The notes under the pieces are model-generated. The model was not told the DNA's origin. It did not search any database and saw only the letters and a list, made by a program, of their open reading frames with translations. 64,000 nucleotides of DNA from the human T2T-CHM13v2.0 reference genome, Homo sapiens. The stretch lies in assembly GCF_009914755.1 (NCBI RefSeq), contig NC_060946.1; one strand, written 5' to 3'. The translations under genes and the position numbers were made by a program. This document shows, piece by piece, positions 37,987-55,739 of the stretch (positions within the stretch are counted from its first letter, which is position 1; every line of letters starts with the position of its first letter).

Positions 37987-38063
37987 CACTTCTTCAATTC
38001 TTCTTGCCATTTCTTGAACCATATTTCCAAAGTCTTTTTCTGGTTATTTATGAGACACAACTT

Positions 38064-39270
38064 GATGCTCAGTTAAAATAAGTGAGGTCCGCTAACACTC
38101 AGTAGTGCAGCTGAAACCTATTCACATTCAAGTCACGAAATAGAACTTGTATGCCCTTCAGCTAGAGGAAGTGGGGCTACCTGACATAAAGGTAGAAAAA
38201 TCCCCTGACACTCGGAGGAGATAAAGTGTCATGACTTAGATAGGGCATATAGGAGATAGGAGGTTTCATGACTCTCAGGTAAGGGAGATGAGACCTCCAG
38301 ACAACCAGGAAGAGGTGAGAATACCTCCAGACCTCAGGGGGTTGAGATGAGAACTTTGGACACCCAGAATAGAGGAGATCTCATGATACTCTAGCAGAGG
38401 AGATGAAAGCTCCATGCCATTTAGACAGGGATATGAGACTATATTCAAGTAGAGGGTAGGACATGCCCTGGCACCCAGATGGGGGCAATGAGATCTCCCA
38501 ACACTCTGGTATACCGGTGGAGACTTCAGAACATTCATATAGGTAAAATACAACCTCTTGACATTCAGCTGGAAGATGTAAGACCTCTTGATTTTCAGGT
38601 AGAGAAAGTGCGACAGGGTGACACTTGGGTGGTGGAGGTGAGAATTCTTAACCTGTAGGTGGAGGCGATGAGGGCCTCTGGCACTGAAGTGGAAAAACAG
38701 AGTTGTTATTTCTTTCAAAGAAGGAGGTGATCACTCCCTGATACTGGGTAAGATATACGAGACCTATTGAACATTCATTTGAGGATGTCATAAGTACGAC
38801 ATTCAGTTAGAGAAAATAGATAAATCAAGATCATCTGATAATCTGAAAACTCAACACTCAGGAATAGGAGATGAGATGTCCTGACACTCAGGTTGGAGGC
38901 ATGGGACCTTCTGACACCCACTTAGATGATGTGCAACCTATTGACCCTCGGGCTGGTTGAGATCTTACATTCAGGTAGAAGAGGTAAGGCTGCCCTCATG
39001 CAGGTAAGAGTGTGACCTCCTGACACTTGCAGGCGATGGGAAATGTTTTAACATTCAGGTGTTTGCAATAAGCATTTGTCACACTCTGGTAGGTGAGATG
39101 CTAGTTCCTGATGATCAGATGGGAAAAATGATGCTTCATGATATTCAGGTAGCTGTATGAAAACTCTTGACATTCAAGTATAGGAGAAAACACCTTGCTC
39201 CACCTCAGTCACAGAAAGCCGATCTGGAGACATTCAGGATAATAGGAGACCTTGTGATATTCAGCAACGG
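38064..39270 (+). repeat. Highly diverged 30-bp-period array (~40 units), probable decayed 10-aa repeat coding sequence
   Basis: ac(a/t)(c/t)tcagg-like cores at 38441, 38471, 38501 ... 38771 exactly 30 bp apart; consensus GAC ATT CAG GTA GAG GAG ATG AGA CCT CTT. Confidence 0.8.
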
Positions 39271-39679
39271 ACAGGAAGGTGGGCTTTGCAGTTGTAAATT
39301 AGGAAAATTCAAAATGACTCTTGGAAAAGTGTGTTGATAGCATTCACTTGGAAGAGGAAAAGAAAACTTCCCCAACAACAATTAAGGATCAATTAATCTG
39401 CTGACCCTGACTCCTCTGATCCACAAACATGTTGCACCGTCTCATCACTGAAGGGCTGAGCCGCTCCTCAGTCTGTGAGTCTGCAGTGGTCACAGCACGC
39501 ATGAGAGGCAGACTCTGAACCTGCACAAAGCCAGAGCCTTGGGTGATGTGGGGACCTCGCAAGAGTTACTGGGAATGGAGATCCTGGCCTTGGGACAGAG
39601 GGAGTGGGGCTGCACAGGAGTCCCCCATCATCCTGGTGGTGGGGGAGCCTATGCAGGAAGTCAAGAAGTCTCTTCAGCA

Positions 39680-39800
39680 CAAACCAGTTAAGGCGAGGGG
39701 CTCTTACCTGGCCTGACTGCTGGGGGTGGGGTGGGGGTCACCCCTGCTGATTGGCCAGGCAGCCACGGAGCTTTGTGAGGTCACTAGGCTTGCAGGCCAG
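39680..39800 (+). promoter_or_regulatory. ACR proximal promoter (TATA-less): inverted CCAAT/Y-box, TGAGGTCA element, GT boxes
   Basis: CTGATTGGCC 39747-39756, TGAGGTCA 39776-39783, gggggtggggtggggg ~39722-39737, immediately upstream of ATG 39815. Confidence 0.6.
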
Positions 39801-39814
39801 GCAGTGCCAGGAGT

Positions 39815-39891
39815 ATGGTTGAGATGCTACCAACTGCCATTCTGCTGGTCTTGGCAGTGTCCGTGGTTGCTAAAGATAACGCCACGTGTGA
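39815..39891 (+). CDS. ACR: ACR exon 1 (signal peptide, light-chain start)
   Basis: MVEMLPTAILLVLAVSVVAKDNATC, ends GA|GTAAGT. Confidence 0.97.
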
Positions 39892-40826
39892 GTAAGTGTC
39901 GGGGCACCTTGGTGGGGGAAGGATCTTCTGAGGAGCAGGTACCACCCCGACTCCCTCTGTCCAGGGCTAGGGAAAAGGAGGCTGCATCCCTAACCTGGAC
40001 CCCCCCTGCTCCCAGAATCAGCAGCCTGGAGCCCCCAGACCCTCAGCTTTCGTGGTTTCCTCCAGAGATGGACCCCTCAGCACCTCAGGCTCCTTGTGCC
40101 TCTCCCACTCCCCCAGGGACTGACCCCACTGTCTTGAAGACATGAAGTCCTGATTTTGGGAGCCCTTATCCCCCCACAGACAGCTGTCCCAACCCGTGGT
40201 TGCCCCCAACAGCCCCAGGATATCATCGCTTCACACCGCTTGCACCCCTACCCCCCAGTAGGCTCTCTCACTCCAAGGTACCCCGAAATACCAACACCTC
40301 CCAAGCTATATGTGGCCTCCCACCCGTGACACAGTTCCCAGAGCCTCCACCTCTAGACCTCCACTGCTCTCAGTGTGCCCCCTACACCTGTGGGCCACAG
40401 TATCTGCCCCTGGCTGCTATCCCTCCTCCCATCACTGTCAACGACCCCCTTCATCACCTGACTTCCCTGAGTCTCCCACCCAAGATTGGTTATAAGGACC
40501 TCAGGCCATTACACCCCTCTGTCCCCAGGCCCCGCATCCCCACCTCTACCCTCCTGTTCTGCCCAGGGACGGGCCATCCCTCAGGGCCCATGCAGCCTGT
40601 CCTGGCTTCCTATGGCCTCCTCTTTCTCCATCTGTGACTGCACCCACAAGACCTGAGAAGTCGTGGCCCCAGAACCATTTCCTAGAGCCTGCGGCTTCCT
40701 ACATAGCGCAGGCTGCCCCTGCTTTCCCAGAACCCGGAAGCTCTTCCCCACTTTTCCCAACCCCATGTCCCTGCCTCCCCTCAGTTGTGGAGTTACAAGG
40801 ACAGGCTGTGCTCATGCCAGGTTTGA

Positions 40827-41060
<234 letters not shown>

Positions 41061-41272
41061 TAGGGATGCACTGAGGGAGGTCTTCAGAACGGCTCTTCTC
41101 AGAGAGGGGCGTTCCCCGGGGATGCTGTGCAGCGTCTCCCTGGGGCTCTGGGCCAAGTGGCTGCAAGACTCCGGGGGCTGGTCCAGACCTTTGCTAGGGG
41201 AAGGCCCTGAGGGTCGCTGTCACCAGGCTTTTGTCCAGCCGGTTGTGACCTGGCTTACCTTTGTGCCCACAG

Positions 41273-41556
41273 TAATGTGCATGACTGGAGACTGGTTTTC
41301 GGAGCAAAGGAAATTACATATGGGAACAATAAACCAGTAAAGGCGCCTCTGCAAGAGAGATATGTGGAGAAAATCATCATTCATGAAAAATACAACTCTG
41401 CGACAGAGGGAAATGACATTGCCCTCGTGGAGATCACCCCTCCCATTTCGTGTGGGCGCTTCATTGGGCCGGGCTGCCTGCCCCACTTTAAGGCAGGCCT
41501 CCCCAGAGGCTCCCAGAGCTGCTGGGTGGCCGGCTGGGGATATATAGAAGAGAAAG
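41273..41556 (+). CDS. ACR: ACR exon 3 (catalytic Asp in GNDIAL)
   Basis: cacAG|T AAT GTG CAT ... GAG AAA G|GT. Confidence 0.98.
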
Positions 41557-43428
41557 GTGAGTATGGGAGCGCCTCCAAGGGGGGACGCTGCTGGCCATTC
41601 TCCTGGTGGTCTTTGAGGTGCAGCAGTCACTTGTTGACACCCAGCCAGGCTGCTTTCATCCTCCTCACGGCGCTACACGTAGAGCCATCACTGTGGCCTT
41701 CCACAGTCCCCTGTGCCAGGTCACGTGATGGGTGACTCGTCTGGCTGTCTACGGGGGGGCTGACAGCAGGTGCAGGCAGAGCGCAGCGTTGCTTAGAATG
41801 GGGTTGAGGCTGTGTCTGTATTTGGCACCTGGGGCCCAAGCTGCTGGATCCTGGAAACAAGCAGCAACCCTGAAACAGCCTTTGGAGAAGAGCTCCAGAT
41901 AAGGTTATGTGGCCGTATGACAGTGCCTTCCACTCTCTGGGCCTTGGTTTCCTCATCTGTAAATGGAGGGGCTGGATCAGATGGTCTCCAAGCTGACCAT
42001 TTCCTAACACCTGTGATTCCAGGGCCCAGCCTTCCTGCTTCCAGGCTGTCTTTGTCACCATCAGCAGCCACCTCCGGTGCAGTCATAGCACCAAATCTAC
42101 CCTCTCCATCTGAGTTACTTGACATTTGCTCTGTAGACTGGGAAGGGGACCGGTGGTTGGTGTGGCTTTCTGTGGGTCATAGGCATCCCTGTATTTCAGG
42201 CTTCCTGGAGTGTCCGGCAGGTACCTCTCCATTCAAGACGGGTGTAGCTGTCGCTCTAGAGCTCTGTCCATAACCAAGCTGTCTCTCTCTCCCCTGGCTC
42301 CCAGAAGATCTCTTGCCCATCCAACACTACCTGATACACTCGACACCAGATGAGTTCTAGAAGAGTAGGGGGAATTTCTTCCGTACCAGACCAGGCTCAC
42401 GGAGGGCCCCAGGTGTGACCTAGAACAAATTGTCATTACTGACTCCGTGGTCAGAGACGCCCAGACACCTCTCCCTACATACTTAGGCACACTAGAGATA
42501 CCATTTATCCCAGAAGCAACAGGTGACCCCATTAAATGGCAGCAGTGAGCAGCAAGGTTTTGCCAGCAGGACAAGACCCAGTAGGACTTGATCTCTGCAT
42601 GTGACCTATACTTCCAGCTTTCCATAAGTGGTGCATCTCAATCTCTTTTTTTCTTGATAATGGATAATGAGGCTTCTTAATTCAAGGCAATTCAGTCATA
42701 TGAGTCTAAAACGCAGCCTTTTTTGGGTAACAACAACAAAAAGTCAATAATTTGAGGATTCTTCCTTTAACTCTTATTTCCTTCTCTGAGGGCGTGGTCT
42801 AAGTTTCTGACAGGTTTGTCACCTCTCCTGTCCCTCAGGGAAGGGAGTCTCATCCCAGCTGTCCTTGTTCTCACTGGCCTCACTTGACACGTGGCCATCC
42901 CCTTCTGGCCTGGAGTGACAGCCTCTATTCCAGCTGCCGATACCCATGGCTCTGCCCTGGCCTCTGTCCAGCCCCCTAGCCTGCCATGCTCTGTCCCCTG
43001 TCTGATGATGTCCACAGCTCTTGGGGGTCCCTATGTTCCTGGGAGGCTGATCTTAGGGTCCCCACTGCCAACCGTTGCTGTCCTATTCTATTACTCAGAC
43101 AGATTGTAGTGTCCTAGCTATATCTTGGATGCCATGCAAAACCTTTTTTGTTCTGGAATTCCCATAAACCTAATAGGATCACTCTGTTTCTGTTTGGGGT
43201 TTTTTTGTTTTTCATTTTTGCAAACACATCCTGTACCCATAAGCCCAAGTCTTAAAGAAACCCCCAGGCTCCAACTCCTGTGATCCCTTCAAACCTTCCA
43301 TGTCTTACCACCTCCTTCAACTCATCTGCTTTGGGGCTGGAAGGGTATTGCTTGGGTATTGCTTCTTTCCCATTGGGTTTTGAGTCCCTGCAGACTTTTA
43401 AGCATTTGTTATTTAAAGCCCAGGTGTC

Positions 43429-43722
<294 letters not shown>

Positions 43723-43841
43723 ACCCGCCAAGGTGTTGGGATTTAGAAAACCCTTTTCTGTTTGAGGACACCTGGCTCTTCACAATAAAACCCATGGCTT
43801 TCAAGACTATGGGCTCTGCCCTAGACTTAAAAAGTCATCTT

Positions 43842-44149
<308 letters not shown>

Positions 44150-44465
44150 CTAATAAGCCAGGATTGTTGTCATTGTTGTTTCAATGTCACCCCTACCCCA
44201 AGGGCAGTGCATGTACAAAACTCTCACTGCTGCTTGGATGGTAAGAAAAGGTGGGGGCTAAGGGGATTAAAAAACGGAAAGCCAGCGAGCACTCGTTCAG
44301 CAGCCGCTTACCAGACGCCTGCTGTGTGCCGAGCCCTATGCACGTCACTCGTGTGTCCCCTGTCTCCCGTCCTGGCCTGTGCAGCTATGTTCTGGGTCTG
44401 CCCCTACCTCAGTCTGCTCCCATCTGCTCTGCAGGTGACGTCCAGATCCACCCCCAGGGTTGTAG

Positions 44466-44920
<455 letters not shown>

Positions 44921-45633
44921 TCAAGGAAGTCCGCATCGGGGTTGTTTCAACCGCCCCTGCCCCTGCCAGGTCTGCCCGTGTGTGGAGGCGCTGCCCCGAG
45001 CTTCCCCTGCGGTCTCCTCGGAACAGATATGCAGCATATGGGGAGGGACTTATTGACCCAGCTCCAGCAGATCCCGTCCGCAGCTGAGCCGAGGAGTTCT
45101 GAAGAGGGACAAGAAGCAGGGGGAGTGGCTTACAGCCAGACTGTGGGAGTGGACAGTGTGTCTCAGACTGGAGTCTGGAGAGGAGCAGTCCTGAGGCCAG
45201 GCTGCAGCCCCACCACCTCTCTACTGTGACCTGGGTGGGCGGTGCTCCAGCCTTCTGATCCAAAATGGGAATAACGGGACCATGTGACTCAGGGAGTGCT
45301 TGGTGCACACTAGGTGTTATTGGTAATACTGCAACTAACCTCCATAATCCATCGTTAATACGCACACCCACCCCCCATCCACCTGTCCACGGGCCTCCAC
45401 CCTTCCTTCCTCTCTTCCTCTCTCCTCTGGCCTTGATTTGGATAACATTTCCCCACCTCCTCCCACCACCTCTAGTCTGCTCTTTCTGGTGTATAAGGAG
45501 GGGTCGGGGCATCGACTGGATGGGTCTGAGGTTTAACTGGAGCATCACAGAGGATGGGGTTCGGTGGGGCAAGGAGGCAGGGCTTTTGTCCGTGTCTCCC
45601 GTGATCACTGACCACCGAGTGGTCTGACTGTAG

Positions 45634-45779
45634 CCCCCAGGCCATCATCTATACTGATGGAGGCACGTGTGGATCTCATCGACCTGGACTTGTGTAACTC
45701 GACCCAGTGGTACAATGGGCGCGTTCAGCCAACCAATGTGTGCGCGGGGTATCCTGTAGGCAAGATCGACACCTGCCAG
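45634..45779 (+). CDS. ACR: ACR exon 4
   Basis: ctgtAG|CC CCC AGG ... TGC CAG|GT; encodes [49 protein letters not shown]. Confidence 0.97.
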
Positions 45780-46225
45780 GTAACCTTCCTTCTGGCTTCT
45801 GGGCCCCTGGGTCCCTCCAGGACTCTCCCGGCCCCTGAGAACATCCTCCTTTTGGATCCCCAAGCTCCACTATCTCCACTGCTCTGCCCAGGGCCCTTCT
45901 CTAGTGACTGCTTCCCCGGTCCCTTTTCTAGCACCTACTCTCACAGTGGGGATGAGCGGTGACAGCCACCGGCTGCCCCTGCCATGTGCCCCTGTGGACA
46001 CGTGGGTTTGCTCATCTCACTGCAAGGAAAGCCCTGACAATTCACACCCTCCTCACATCCCAAATGAAGCCCCTGACACCCCCTCAAACTTTACTACAAC
46101 CACTTGTGTTTACAGCAGCAGGAGACCATGTCACTGTGGAAATTGTCCTCCCAGAGCCTTCCGACCCCTCTGGGCAGGGGAAGAGTGGCTCAGGCAGATA
46201 GTGACCTCTGTGTCCTTCTGGACAG

Positions 46226-46780
46226 GGAGACAGCGGCGGGCCTCTCATGTGCAAAGACAGCAAGGAAAGCGCCTATGTGGTCGTGGGAATCACAAGCTGG
46301 GGGGTAGGCTGTGCCCGTGCCAAGCGCCCCGGAATCTACACGGCCACCTGGCCCTATCTGAACTGGATCGCCTCCAAGATTGGTTCTAACGCTTTGCGTA
46401 TGATTCAATCGGCCACCCCTCCACCTCCCACCACTCGACCGCCCCCGATTCGACCCCCCTTCTCCCACCCTATCTCTGCTCACCTTCCTTGGTATTTCCA
46501 ACCGCCCCCTCGACCACTTCCACCCCGACCACCGGCAGCCCAGCCCCGACCCCCACCTTCACCCCCGCCCCCACCCCCACCTCCAGCCTCACCTTTACCC
46601 CCACCCCCACCCCCACCCCCACCTACACCCTCATCTACCACAAAACTTCCCCAAGGACTTTCTTTTGCCAAGCGCCTACAGCAGCTCATAGAGGTCTTGA
46701 AGGGGAAGACCTATTCCGACGGAAAGAACCATTATGACATGGAGACCACAGAGCTCCCAGAACTGACCTCGACCTCCTGA
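46226..46780 (+). CDS. ACR: ACR exon 5 (catalytic Ser in GDSGGP, Pro-rich C-terminal propeptide, stop)
   Basis: gacAG|GGA GAC AGC GGC GGG CCT; exon lengths 77+204+284+146+555 = 1266 nt = 421 aa plus stop. Confidence 0.98.
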   Translation, partial: GDSGGPLMCKDSKESAYVVVGITSWGVGCARAKRPGIYTATWPYLNWIASKIGSNALRMIQSATPPPPTTRPPPIRPPFSHPISAHLPWYFQPPPRPLPPRPPAAQPRPPPSPPPPPPPPASPLPPPPPPPPPTPSSTTKLPQGLSFAKRLQQLIEVLKGKTYSDGKNHYDMETTELPELTSTS

Positions 46781-46840
46781 TCTGACCTGGTTCTCAACAG
46801 ACCCAGTGAGCCCTTCACTCCTGAGAAAAAGGAAAGATGA

Positions 46841-46854
46841 AATAAATAAATAAA
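46841..46854 (+). terminator. ACR polyadenylation signal (overlapping AATAAA x3)
   Basis: aataaataaataaa 60 nt after the stop codon. Confidence 0.85.
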
Positions 46855-47807
46855 CATATATATATAGATATACACACACACATATCTGTATGTATACATG
46901 CATATACATCAAGAGATGCTTTCTGGACTTCTTCCTATCCCCCCTCCCAACCCAAATTTCCCCTATAAAATCTACCCTCTCTCCTTCACCCTACAATAAG
47001 GCGGAATTGCTTGTACATTAGTGCCAATCGTGTTTTTTAAAATCTTGATTTTTAATGCTGGAATAAGGTGACCTGGGGCCGTAGACCGGGGATGGTCTTT
47101 ATTTCACACTTAGGGAGAAACGACAAATGGTGAAAATAAAAGAGCCATCTCTGCATGTGCAAGTCAAAGGGGGTGGACCCCCAAAGCAGCAGCTGTGAGT
47201 GAGCTGACGGGGAAAGAGGGGGTGTGGGTCCAAGTCTTCTATCAGGAGGCTGGTGGTGTTGACACCCACAGAGAAGATTCTGCATGAAGGTTGAACTCCC
47301 CAGAACACAAAGGCTAAGGAGGCCACTAGGCCACCAAAACAAGTGTCTACTACCAAACACAATTTTGCTTGTGGCTTGTTAGTGTCCAGTTGACACCAAC
47401 AAGCCTGTTCATTACTTGCCTGTAGTTAAATCTTATTAGTTCCTGGATTTGAGCAAATTAAAAAATGTATTCTTTGCTAGAGCTTTCTAGGAATTGCAAT
47501 GGGGAATACTTTTTGGATGCCCCCGAGTGAGCTTTGAGTGGCTTCCTTAGGATTTGGGGTTATTTATTTTAAGACCTTCCATTGCAAGGAACAGAAACCA
47601 GTTAGAGCCATTTAAGTGATAAGGATGCAAAGATGTCACACAGAACCAATAGGAAAGGCCAGAAGCAGACACCAAGAATGGTGAGGAACCCAGGCAAGGC
47701 ATGACCCTGGTCTGCATAGAGTACCTGCCCCACACTGCCCCATGCTGGGGGCAGCTGTCACCTGGAACTGTTCACATCTATTTGCAAAATCCTGGGGAAG
47801 AAATCCT

Positions 47808-48104
<297 letters not shown>

Positions 48105-49796
48105 TTAACCCCTTGTGAGACTGAAGATGGCAGGTCTCAGAAAGAGAGAAAACCTTGGCATTTGGCTGAGCAGTCATTGCAACAAGCTTTCACTCATACG
48201 TGTGTCCACCTAGCTGCCTGTGTGAGTCAAGCGCAAGGTGGTCCTATGCCCCGGTTACCAAGACAGGTGGCAGAGAGAAGGTGCCATGGCAGGTGGGAGG
48301 AACCCTGGCTGAGAAAGCTCAAAGGACCAGTCATTTTCCTGCTGGAGCTGGAACCTGGACTGATGGAGCAGCTGTGAATCTTCATCTTCAAAATTTATTG
48401 GTCTACCTGGGTTCAAGCAAATACCCTGCTCTACCCCGCATAAGCTCCGTGCTCTGGGGAAGATGTGCCAGAGGGCTGTGTGACCATGAAATAAGGACAG
48501 ATGCGGAGTATTAAAGCAGGTCTTGACACACCAGAAATGCCCACGAACGTGGGCTGTCATTCATGGGCCAGCTGGTGGTGACTGCTGGTGCATAATCTTA
48601 CGCTTATCTGCAGGGGCACTTCGGTGCCTGCCGTTTTCCTCTTATGACCCCTGAAATGCTTTGGCCACATAGGAGGGCTTGCGTATTGAGTCGAATGGCC
48701 CATGGCTCTGTAGGATAGTAACAGTTGATCACACTTAAAACATTCTATCTGCCTTGGCTTAAGAGCTGGTGCTGCTGAAGTTGGAGTTGGTAATTCATTT
48801 TATTGACTTTTAGGCTCTCTCTCCTAAAGCCAGTTTCTTAATCTCCCTTTGTACTCTGGTGCCAGACACTTGACATTGTCTAAATACTAAGCATACAAAA
48901 TGCAAGGCCCCGTGCAGAAGCCGTAACAACGGCAGCTTGGGATTCACCCTCAATGACCCTGAGCCAGACACAGAGCCAGGTGGGCCAGCACATAGAAGTA
49001 TGGGGCAAGTTGTGCTGCGGTCACAAAGGGGTTTTGGACAAGTTGGGGTGGAGCTACAGCAGCAGCAGCTTTTTTCTACCCCAGAGACTTCACTGCTTCT
49101 CTTCTGAGCTTTCTGTGATCCAGAGTTGATTTTCTTGGTTCTCTCTCCCCATAAATGCTCCTTGTCCTTAGTTTCTTCTCTCCCCAGTGATGGAGAAAAT
49201 CTTACCCTGGGCCTATCATCTATAGCTGACATCTGGGCCTCCTTGGAGAGACAGGGCCTACTCTCAAGGAACACCCTATGAGAGGCCATAGACTGGGTGG
49301 AGAATTCAAGCCGTGATTCCTGGAAACTTCACATGCACATTAATATGGTGACATGTCACATAATCTCCTGATCCTTCACCATTCACACTACTCTATGACT
49401 TGCTTTTCCATTTAGCAAATATAGAGGTATTTCTATGTTAGTGTGTACAGGCCCATCTTATGTCTCTAAATTGATCTTCCACAATAGGGATACTTAGAAG
49501 ACAAAGTGGCACAGTTCTTTCCTAGGAAGGAATGTTTAGCCTTCCATGCATGAGAGTGCCCATTTCCCTACATCTAAGCCGACACTGTTCTTACGAAATG
49601 TGTCTATCTTTACCAATGTAATAGATGTTCCAATTTTCATTTTTAAAATTGACGCTCTTTGATCTGCCTTCATGTTCCTATGGATAGTTTAACCCTGAAA
49701 AGGTTAAACTTTCAGATCGTGAAGCAGGTGTCTCCTGCTCATAGTGACAGGAGAAATGGAAGAATGACCAGCTGTGTGACAAACCAAAACTCCAGG

Positions 49797-50527
49797 GACC
49801 TAGACATCTAAGGGGTGTGCCCACCTAGACATCCGAGGGGTGTGCCCACTTAGACATCCGAGGGGTGTGCCCACCTAGACAACTGAGGGGTGTGCCCACC
49901 TGGACAACCGAGGGGTGTGCCCACCTAGACATCCGAGGGGTGTGCCCACCTAGACAACCGAGGGGTGTGCCCACCTAGACATCCGAGGGGTGTGCCCACC
50001 TAGACATCCGAGGAGTGTGCCCACCTAGACATCCGAGGGGTGTGCCCACCTAGACAATCTGAGGGGTGTGCCCACCTAGACATCCGAGGGGTGTGCCCAC
50101 CTAGACATCCGAGGAGTGTGCCCACCTAGACATCCGAGGGGTGTGCCCACCTAGACAATCTGAGGGGTGTGCCCACCTAGACATCCGAGGGGTGTGCCCA
50201 CCTAGACAATCTGAGGGGTGTGCCCACCTAGACATCCGAGGGGTGTGCCCACCTAGACATCCGAGGAGTGTGCCCACCTAGACAACCGAGGGGTGTGCCC
50301 ACCTAGACAACCGAGGGGTGTGCCCACCTAGACATCCGAGGGGTGTGCCCACCTAGACATCCGAGGGGTGTGCCCACCTAGACAATCTGAGGGGTGTGCC
50401 CACCTAGACAACCGAGGGGTGTGCCCACCTGGACAACCGAGGGGTGTGCCCACCTAGACATCCGAGGGGTGTGCCCACCTAGACAACCGAGGGGTGTGCA
50501 CACTTAGATATCTGAGGGATGTGCTCA
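49797..50527. repeat. 25/26-bp VNTR, ~29 copies
   Basis: Unit ccacctagacatccgaggggtgtgc with variants caaccg, caatctg and gaggag. Confidence 0.97.
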
Positions 50528-50949
50528 CTGTTTTCTCATGGGACGGCTAAGCAAATGAAAAATATTTGTAAAAACTGAATTCATAATGAAGCTTACTGAT
50601 CGGAACAATAAAAGAAAATGGTTTGACAGTGGCTAAACTGTACAGGGCAAGACTCTGATGCCAGAACAGTGGGCGCGGCAAGGATCATGCACAATATTGA
50701 CACTCACAGAGGCAGAGGTCCTCGCTGTGCCTCTCATCAATATAGGAAATCTTACAATATTTGCAAGGGAAAATGTTCTGGTGAATCCAATCTTAGCAAA
50801 TTTACAATGGAAATGTGAAAAAATGAAAACGGTTCATCTTTAATATGTAGAAAACTGACCAAGAAACAGAAGTTAGCTTAATGGAGTTTACTCCAGAAAC
50901 TCTATTCTTGGTAAAGAATCATCAGTGATCTAATTCTGGACACTACACA

Positions 50950-51630
50950 TGGGTTTTTGCATGGGCATGTGCTTTCATGTCTCTCGGGTAAATACTTAGG
51001 GGTGGAATGACTGGATCATACGGTGGGTGTAAGTTTTGACATACAAATGCATCCCTGAAGCAATCACCACAACCCAGAGAGTGAACACGTCCGTCACTCC
51101 CTAAAGTTTCCTTGTGGCACTTTGCAATCCCTCCAGCCTGTCCCCTCTCCTGCCCCAGGCAATGTCTGGTCTGCTTTGTCTCATATCAATTTGCTTTTCT
51201 CATAATTTTATATAAATGAAACCCTATAGCAAGCCCTTTTAAAAATCAATCTTCTTTCACTCAGCATAATCATTTTGAGATTCATTTTGTGTATCGGTGA
51301 TTTATTTCTTTCCATTGCTGAGTATTTCATCACACGGCTATACCACAGTTTGTTTTCCTATCTACCTATTGATGGACATTGGGTTGTTTCCAGTCTGCGC
51401 TATTCCAAATGAAGCAGCTATGCGCACTCAAATACAAGGATTTGTATGGGCATACATGTTCATATCTCTTGGCTAACCATGTGTGTGAGGAATGGCTGGT
51501 AGGTATATGTTAAAAAGCACTTTTTGAAAAACATTGAGTGTTTTCTCAAAGTGATTGCAACATTTCACAGTCCCATCAGCAGTATATGAGAGTCCCGACT
51601 CTTCCACATCCTTGACAAGATTTGGTATGG
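50950..51630 (-). mobile_element. Old L1M 3'-region fragment, continuing on the far side of the L1PA insertion (58837 onward)
   Basis: ...cttgacaagatttggtatggtcag joins tggtcagtctttttaattttagtcattctgataggtg, a continuous L1M-like sequence. Confidence 0.65.
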
Positions 51631-51863
51631 TCAGCCTTTTTTATTTTCTTTTATTATTATTATACTTTAAGTTTTAGGGTACATGTGCACAATGTGCAGG
51701 TTTGTTACATATGTATACATGTGCCATGCTGGTGTGCTGCACCCATTAACTCGTCATTTAGCATTAGGTATATCTCCTAATGCTATCCCTCCCCCCTCCC
51801 CCTATCCCACAACAGTCTCCGGAGTGTGATGTTCCCCTTCCTGTGTCCATGTGTTCTCATTGT

Positions 51864-55676
<3,813 letters not shown>

Positions 55677-55739
55677 TATGATGTTAGCTGGTTATTTTGC
55701 TTGTTAGTTGCTGCAGTTTCTTCCTAGCCTTGATGGTCT

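Noticed and set aside
38275-38718. 147-aa minus-strand ORF with faint 10-aa periodicity as the coding strand of the 30-bp array
   Set aside because: The + strand register shows more consistent conservative substitutions; this ORF changes repeat register midway and has no ATG start. Strand remains to be confirmed comparatively.
46490-46630. Extreme C-rich tract in ACR exon 5
   Set aside because: Explained by the known polyproline C-terminal propeptide of proacrosin.
49797-50527. Possible CRISPR-like array
   Set aside because: Units are directly adjacent with no unique spacers, no cas genes, and the DNA is human.
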